64,000 nucleotides of DNA from positions 226,887 through 290,886 of IMG/VR virus record IMGVR_UViG_3300029288_000057; one strand, written 5' to 3'. The notes below the pieces were generated by a model that was given only the letters and a program-made list of their open reading frames with translations, was not told the origin of the DNA and ran no database searches. Every line of letters starts with the position of its first letter. Within the stretch, counting starts at the first letter, position 1. Shown piece by piece: positions 59,230 through 64,000 of the stretch. This DNA comes from a virus (taxonomy: Duplodnaviria; Caudoviricetes). A program made the translations under genes and the position numbers.

Positions 59230-60330
59230 ATGATAAAATGTTATATTTGTAAAAAGGAATTTGAAAATAATTTAGCAGGACAATTTACAAGTCATTTATT
59301 AAAAGTTCACAATATTTTGACAAAAGATTATGTTGTTTTAACGAAATACAACAATAATTTTCCAAAGTGTGCATGCGGACATTGTGAAAAAGAACCAGAG
59401 TTCTACAGAGGAGAATTTAAAAAGTATGCAAAGGGACACAACAGGCTTCAATGGAGAGAGAAAAAATATATTGAAAAGAATGGTAAACCTGTATGTAAAA
59501 CTTGTGGAAAAAATGTGAAATTTAACAGGGGAGTTCCGAATATATATTGTAGCCATAAATGCCAAGAAGGCAAATGGAACCAAAAAAAAGTGGCGGATAC
59601 TGTTTTTAGAAAATACGCAGTAAAATCCGTTTTCCAATTGGAAGAAGTGAAGAGAAAAATTGTTGATACAAATCTAAAAAAATATGGGAAAAAATACTTT
59701 TTGCATTCGGACGGGTTTAAAAATGAAATAAGAAAGAAGTTGAAGGAATCTTGGAAAAAAGATAAAGAAAAAAGAATAATAAAGGTAAAAAAAACGAAAA
59801 TAGAAAGATATGGAAGGTTTAACAATATAGAAAAAATGAAAGAAACGTGTGAAAGGAATTTCGGTTTAGACCATCCTTCTAAAAAAGAAGAAAACAGAAA
59901 AAGTGCTAGACAAAGAATGAGAGTAAACAACCCTATGTTCAATAAAGAAACTGTTAAAAAATGCTGTGATACATTGAGTAAAATGGAAATAAATTATTTT
60001 AGAAAAAGAAAATTTAAAGAAACAGATTTAAGTTATCAGTCAACATATGAATATAATTTTTTAGAGCATTGTCAAAAGAATAATGTTCTTCATGAAATAG
60101 CAAAAGGAAAGGTTTTTAAATATAAAAGAATAACAAACGGTAAGCATTACTATATAAGCGATTATGTTTTTAAAAATGAATTTATTATAGAGATAAAATC
60201 AACATGGATTAAAGAAAAACAGGGCGGAGATAAAGTTATTTCTAGTAAAAAAAGACTTTGTAATCGTTATGGTTATAAATTTGTATTGATTTTAGATAAT
60301 AATTTTTATAAATTTGATAAAATGATTTAA
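59230..60330 (+). CDS. Putative homing endonuclease (paralog of 7172-8227)
   Basis: C2H2/CxCG fingers, KYG repeats and YQSTYE...YISDY...IEIKSTW. Confidence 0.7.
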   Translation: MIKCYICKKEFENNLAGQFTSHLLKVHNILTKDYVVLTKYNNNFPKCACGHCEKEPEFYRGEFKKYAKGHNRLQWREKKYIEKNGKPVCKTCGKNVKFNRGVPNIYCSHKCQEGKWNQKKVADTVFRKYAVKSVFQLEEVKRKIVDTNLKKYGKKYFLHSDGFKNEIRKKLKESWKKDKEKRIIKVKKTKIERYGRFNNIEKMKETCERNFGLDHPSKKEENRKSARQRMRVNNPMFNKETVKKCCDTLSKMEINYFRKRKFKETDLSYQSTYEYNFLEHCQKNNVLHEIAKGKVFKYKRITNGKHYYISDYVFKNEFIIEIKSTWIKEKQGGDKVISSKKRLCNRYGYKFVLILDNNFYKFDKMI

Positions 60331-60341
60331 TTATAAAAGAA

Positions 60342-60542
60342 ATGAAAAAAAATAAACTGACAAAGACACAAAAGAATGCTGCTGTAAAAAGAGCAAAAAA
60401 AAGAACTGAAAGATTTAAAAAATCCAGAATTCAGTTAAATGTAGACAAGCAGGCTGACATTAAAGAAAAAGCAAGAAAAAGAGAAAAACAAAACAGGGAG
60501 ATTATGAAAATCTTGGAGTCTAGAAAGGACCCTCTATCTTAA
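60342..60542 (+). CDS. Small basic hypothetical protein
   Basis: 66-aa K/R-rich ORF followed by a terminator. Confidence 0.5.
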   Translation: MKKNKLTKTQKNAAVKRAKKRTERFKKSRIQLNVDKQADIKEKARKREKQNREIMKILESRKDPLS

Positions 60543-60548
60543 ACAAAT

Positions 60549-60575
60549 AATGCCCGTCAAAAGATGGGCATTTTT
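60549..60575 (+). terminator. Intrinsic terminator
   Basis: AATGCCCGTC-AAAA-GATGGGCATT followed by Ts. Confidence 0.7.
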
Positions 60576-60610
60576 ATAAAATTTTACTATTTATAAAAAA
60601 TAGTTTTGGC

Positions 60611-60940
60611 ATGAAAAAAGATAAAGTAAAAAAAGAACTTATTAAAACTTTAAGCGAAGGATTAGAAGAAATTATTCAATCTACACCTATAGTTCCTACA
60701 GAAAAACCCAAAGCAAAGGAAACTGTTGTAACCTTTGATAAAAGCACCTCACCATATGAAGTGATTTTTTCTGAAAGAGGTTTTGAAATAAATGAAACAA
60801 GACTTAGTTTTGAATTTATAGAGACAGCCCTTTCAAAAGAAGTAAACATCGTCCTCAATAAAGGAAAAGGGCTGGTTTTAGACTCAATTAAGATGGAAAA
60901 AATTCTGAAATATAAAGACCTATATTCTAATAGACTATAA
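60611..60940 (+). CDS. Hypothetical late protein
   Basis: TATTTATA at 60588; N-terminal KKELIKTLSEG leader. Confidence 0.6.
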   Translation: MKKDKVKKELIKTLSEGLEEIIQSTPIVPTEKPKAKETVVTFDKSTSPYEVIFSERGFEINETRLSFEFIETALSKEVNIVLNKGKGLVLDSIKMEKILKYKDLYSNRL

Positions 60941-60948
60941 ATATGCAG

Positions 60949-61029
60949 TGACATTTTGTCATGTGAATTTTTTATAATTTTTAAAAAAGCGGTTTTATTG
61001 ACCGCTTTTTTGTTTGGCATGAAATTAGA
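60949..61029 (+). promoter_or_regulatory. TGACA-N3-TGTCA palindrome plus sigma54-like TGGCA element upstream of hsp20
   Basis: TGACATTTTGTCA at 60949-60961 and TGGCATGAAATTAG at 61015-61028. Confidence 0.4.
60983..61011. terminator. Intrinsic terminator
   Basis: AAAAAAGCGGT-loop-ACCGCTTTTTT. Confidence 0.75.
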
Positions 61030-61065
61030 CAGTGTGCGGTCATTAAACCTTAAAAATAAACTATT

Positions 61066-61482
61066 ATGAACACATTGATTAAAAAAAATTGGAGCGGATT
61101 GTTTTCCGACATTTTTGAAGACGTTGTAAATGGAGTAGAAACAATTAGCTATGGTTATCCAAAAGTTAATACAGTAGAAACTGAAAATGATTACAGGGTA
61201 GATGTGTATTACCCAGGAATGAAGAAAGAGGATTTTAAAGTGAAAGTGGAAAGCAGAACACTTAGTATTAATTTAAGTTTGTCAGAAGAAAAAAAAGAAG
61301 ATACTGATAAATATCACTTCAGAGAATTTGCGAAGAGAGAATTCAGTAGAAGATTTATTCTTCCAGAAGAAGTTGTTAAAAAAGACATAAAAGCTTCATA
61401 TGAAGATGGAGTTTTGAAAATAGTTATTCCTAAAGATAAAGAAAAAGAAAAGCAGTCAAATTTTAATATAAACGTTGAATAA
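61066..61482 (+). CDS. Small heat-shock protein (Hsp20/alpha-crystallin)
   Basis: P.VN..E....Y....PG.KKEDF.V...REF....F.R.F.LP.....I.A.Y.DGVL.I.IPK. Confidence 0.93.
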   Translation: MNTLIKKNWSGLFSDIFEDVVNGVETISYGYPKVNTVETENDYRVDVYYPGMKKEDFKVKVESRTLSINLSLSEEKKEDTDKYHFREFAKREFSRRFILPEEVVKKDIKASYEDGVLKIVIPKDKEKEKQSNFNINVE

Positions 61483-61497
61483 TTCACATTTTTTTAT

Positions 61498-61528
61498 CGA
61501 ATCCCCCAACTTTTTCCTGGGGGATTCG
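61498..61528. terminator. 11-bp GC-rich hairpin after hsp20
   Basis: CGAATCCCCCA-N9-TGGGGGATTCG. Confidence 0.65.
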
Positions 61529-61562
61529 TATAATTTTATTATATTTATGATAAAATTGGAAA

Positions 61563-62318
61563 ATGGAAGACAAAACTTTATATGTTTTTGACATGGATGA
61601 TACGCTTATTGAAACTCCAAGGTTAACTGATTTTGTTAGTGTTGAAAATGGGCAAATTAAAACGGAAAATGAAAATTTAAAAGAAGTCATTGAAAAAATT
61701 AAAGGTATTTTTTCTTCTTTGTTTTTTAAAGAAATATGTTTTAAAAAAAGCAATGATTTTATTGTTGTTTTAGATTGTAGGAACAAAAACCCTCTTGGTT
61801 CAGAACAGCTGGATTTTATTCAGGACTTAACTCCAGAACAGTTGCAAAATGCAGGATTGAAAAACTCTACAAAAAAAGAATTGCTAAGAACGCTTGGAGA
61901 AGAAAATGGCGTTTTGGTTTTAAATCCATTTCCAGGATTTTTTGATGCAAAGGAAACTATTGGAACATTAATAAATCCAGAGATTCTTTCTATATATAAG
62001 GCAGTAAAGAACAAAATGATTCTTACTGGCAGAAAAGAAATTTTAAGAAAAGATATTGAGCAGAGACTTAAGGAGGTTGGCATTGATGCGCCAAATTTTG
62101 GGTTACATTTATTTCTTCCTGGAAGAGTTTCAATTTCTGAATATAAAGAAAAAATTATACAAGACAGTATCATTAACAATGGATGGAGTGAAATTCACTT
62201 TTTTGAAGACAGAGAAGATTGGCTTGACAAGATAGCGGCTAAAATTTCTGAGAAATTTCCTGATGTGAAATTTCACAAACATCTTGTTGCAAATATTAAA
62301 TCTAAATTAACACTGTAA
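61563..62318 (+). CDS. HAD-family phosphatase
   Basis: FDMDDTL, LTGR, K and FFEDR motifs. Confidence 0.8.
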   Translation: MEDKTLYVFDMDDTLIETPRLTDFVSVENGQIKTENENLKEVIEKIKGIFSSLFFKEICFKKSNDFIVVLDCRNKNPLGSEQLDFIQDLTPEQLQNAGLKNSTKKELLRTLGEENGVLVLNPFPGFFDAKETIGTLINPEILSIYKAVKNKMILTGRKEILRKDIEQRLKEVGIDAPNFGLHLFLPGRVSISEYKEKIIQDSIINNGWSEIHFFEDREDWLDKIAAKISEKFPDVKFHKHLVANIKSKLTL

Positions 62319-62321
62319 AAA

Positions 62322-62353
62322 TTTGGTTTTTATATATTTATTTCGTATTTTTG
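62322..62353 (+). promoter_or_regulatory. Bacteroidota sigmaA promoter TTTG-N20-TATTTTTG
   Basis: Consensus match upstream of 62385. Confidence 0.55.
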
Positions 62354-62384
62354 CACACGGACAAATAAATATAAAGACAGGACT

Positions 62385-62873
62385 ATGAACAAAGGACAAG
62401 AAGACACTGGCGCATACAAGACATTGACGCCAGAACAAAAGGCAAAATTGAAAAATTTTGGTAAAAAAAACGGACTACCAGAGCAAAAAGTTCAAGCGCA
62501 ATTGAGCCAAACGCAAACGGCGCCACAACCGCAAGTAAAAGTGGCTCCCAATTTGGTGGCACAAAAAACAGAGTCTGCGGCACAACCTGCAGCACAACCA
62601 AGACAACAAACAGTTCAGTCATTGGGTGATGACCAATATCAAAAGTGTGAAACTTATTTCAGTTGTCAAAACGAAGAAGCAGGCACATTAGAAGTTGATT
62701 TGGTTACTTTTAGAGAAAAGGGACTTGAAACAAGGTATCTTTCTTTATTGCTCTCAGGTCTTGATGTAAGGCAAAATCCCCCAATTCAGCAAGAAGCTTT
62801 CCTGACGATTGAATCAAGAGAAGAATTTGAGAGGCTCAAATCTTTTTTTGCTCAATTAGATTGGGAAGACTAA
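62385..62873 (+). CDS. Hypothetical protein with a Q/P/A-rich linker
   Basis: 162-aa ORF preceding the sigma gene. Confidence 0.6.
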   Translation: MNKGQEDTGAYKTLTPEQKAKLKNFGKKNGLPEQKVQAQLSQTQTAPQPQVKVAPNLVAQKTESAAQPAAQPRQQTVQSLGDDQYQKCETYFSCQNEEAGTLEVDLVTFREKGLETRYLSLLLSGLDVRQNPPIQQEAFLTIESREEFERLKSFFAQLDWED

Positions 62874-62880
62874 TTATTTG

Positions 62881-63720
62881 ATGGATATTTCTATAGCTCT
62901 TAAGGCTTATTTTAAGGACCTTAAGAACGTAGAGCTGCTCAGCGGAGAGGAGCAAACTGAATTGGCCATTAAAGCAAAGTCGGGGGACAAAAATGCTTTA
63001 GGAAAGCTAGTTGAGAGTAATTTAAGATTTGTGGTAACAGTTGCCAAGGAATATCAATACAGCAATATTCCCTTGGAAGATTTGATTAGTGAGGGAAATA
63101 TTGGGCTTATAAAAGCGGTTGATAAGTTTGATGAAACTAAAAAAATAAAATTTATTTCCTATGCGGTATGGTGGGTGAGACAGTCAATCATTCAATCTAT
63201 CTATGAGAATGGTAGCATTGTTCGATTGCCCGTGAATCGTATAAATATCAACAACAAAATAAACAAAACAAAAGATGTTTTATTTAAAGAATTAAACAGA
63301 GAGCCAACATCAAGAGAAATAAGCGATTTTTGTAATGTTTGTGAAATTGATATAGTCAATTCCCTTACTGATTGTAATTATTCAGTGGAAATGGAGAGTA
63401 CAGTTTCTGAGGATTCAAAAACTACTTTTTCAGATTCTTTCGAAGGGGAAGAATATGAAAATTCAAATAAAGAAATTAACAGAGATGCTGCGTCACATGA
63501 AATAAATACTGCGTTATCTGCACTAAACAAAAGAGAAAGTAAAATTTTAAAGATGTACTTTGGTCTTGAAACTGGTCAGGAGATGAATTTAAGGCAAATT
63601 GGAGAAGAGCTGGATTTGACAAATGAAAGAGTAAGGCAGATTAAAGATTTTGCACTGAAGAAATTGAGAACATACGGAAAGAGTTATAAGTTAAGGGAAT
63701 TTTTAAATTGTCAAATTTGA
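62881..63720 (+). CDS. Sigma-70 factor, short Bacteroidota SigA-like
   Basis: NLRFVV.VAK.YQ, DLISEGNIGLIKA..FD, KFISYAVWW.RQ, VRLP.N and LT.ERVRQIK; lacks region 1.1. Confidence 0.92.
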   Translation: MDISIALKAYFKDLKNVELLSGEEQTELAIKAKSGDKNALGKLVESNLRFVVTVAKEYQYSNIPLEDLISEGNIGLIKAVDKFDETKKIKFISYAVWWVRQSIIQSIYENGSIVRLPVNRININNKINKTKDVLFKELNREPTSREISDFCNVCEIDIVNSLTDCNYSVEMESTVSEDSKTTFSDSFEGEEYENSNKEINRDAASHEINTALSALNKRESKILKMYFGLETGQEMNLRQIGEELDLTNERVRQIKDFALKKLRTYGKSYKLREFLNCQI

Positions 63721-64000
63721 CATACTCTCCAAGCTACGGTTCGGAGATTTTGGTTTTAGAACGGCAACTGCTCAAGAACGCAAGCGTTCTCAAGTCTGAC
63801 GTCGCCTATACCAAGAGAAGATGTCCCTTCTCTCAAAATGTTTTTTGCAGCATTATGGTCACGGTTGTGTTTCGTTCCGCAGATGGGGCAAACCCATTCA
63901 CGAATGCTTTCATCCAACTTTCCAACCACATGCATGCATTCACTGCATATTTGGGTGGACGGAAACCATTTGTCAACAAACACAATTTTTTTGTTATATT
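63717..64000 (-). mobile_element. Right end of an IS200/IS605-type element with a putative omegaRNA scaffold
   Basis: Subterminal hairpin at 63727-63746 followed by GAGTATGTCAA; the end TCAA maps to 63720-63717. Confidence 0.75.
63756..64000 (-). CDS. tnpB: TnpB C-terminal part (truncated by the window edge)
   Basis: VD.WFPSTQICSEC...L....REW.CP.CG..H.RD.NAA.NI. Confidence 0.92.
   Translation of the reverse strand, partial: YNKKIVFVDKWFPSTQICSECMHVVGKLDESIREWVCPICGTKHNRDHNAAKNILREGTSSLGIGDVRLENACVLEQLPF

Noticed and set aside
61508-61532. Third AAC-N16-CGTATA match
   Set aside because: It lies within the hsp20 terminator hairpin and lacks the conserved downstream TAGAAAC block, so it may be coincidental.
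62881-64000. RNA-guided sigma-factor system (nuclease-dead Cas12f/TnpB plus sigma)
   Set aside because: The sigma is SigA-type rather than ECF, the genes are convergent, and the visible TnpB catalytic Asp is intact.
1-64000. Stop-codon reassignment, tRNAs, rRNA or a CRISPR array
   Set aside because: Core genes are full length in the standard code, with TAA, TAG and TGA all used as stops. No cloverleaf or repeat-spacer pattern was seen by eye; tRNAscan would be needed to be certain.

Overview
This AT-rich window is part of a large T4-like (myovirus-type, probably jumbo) bacteriophage genome. The host is very likely a member of Bacteroidota, based on TAnnTTTG/TTTG promoters, a Bacteroidota-type short SigA and a DUF4348-like protein. 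Virion genes include neck gp13/14/15-like, tail sheath, an inverted tail tube, a modular fibre/tailspike cluster, intein-containing TerL, portal, gp26/gp51-like chaperones, tape measure, a baseplate protein with 23 or more 22-aa repeats, a LysM wedge and an M23-peptidase hub. Replication and metabolism genes include DnaE, a PolA-like polymerase, RecA-like, 5'-3' exonuclease, DnaB-like helicase, NrdJ, NT5C, a Trm1-like methyltransferase, Hsp20 and sigma70. There are also many selfish endonucleases and the right end of an IS200/IS605 tnpB element. The most notable unexplained signals are: (1) an ADP-ribosyltransferase-fold protein with a duplicated, capsid-targeting-like leader; (2) two envelope-protein genes sharing a private ECF-like promoter, each placed beside a DNA-entry gene (possible superinfection exclusion); (3) a promoter-driven, structured, antisense non-coding region at 3.4-3.8 kb; (4) a 22-aa repeat, ruler-like baseplate protein; (5) fibre genes ending in an identical peptide, plus a deletion relic; (6) a Trm1-like methyltransferase near dnaE. 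All family assignments come from motif recognition by eye, not from database searches.
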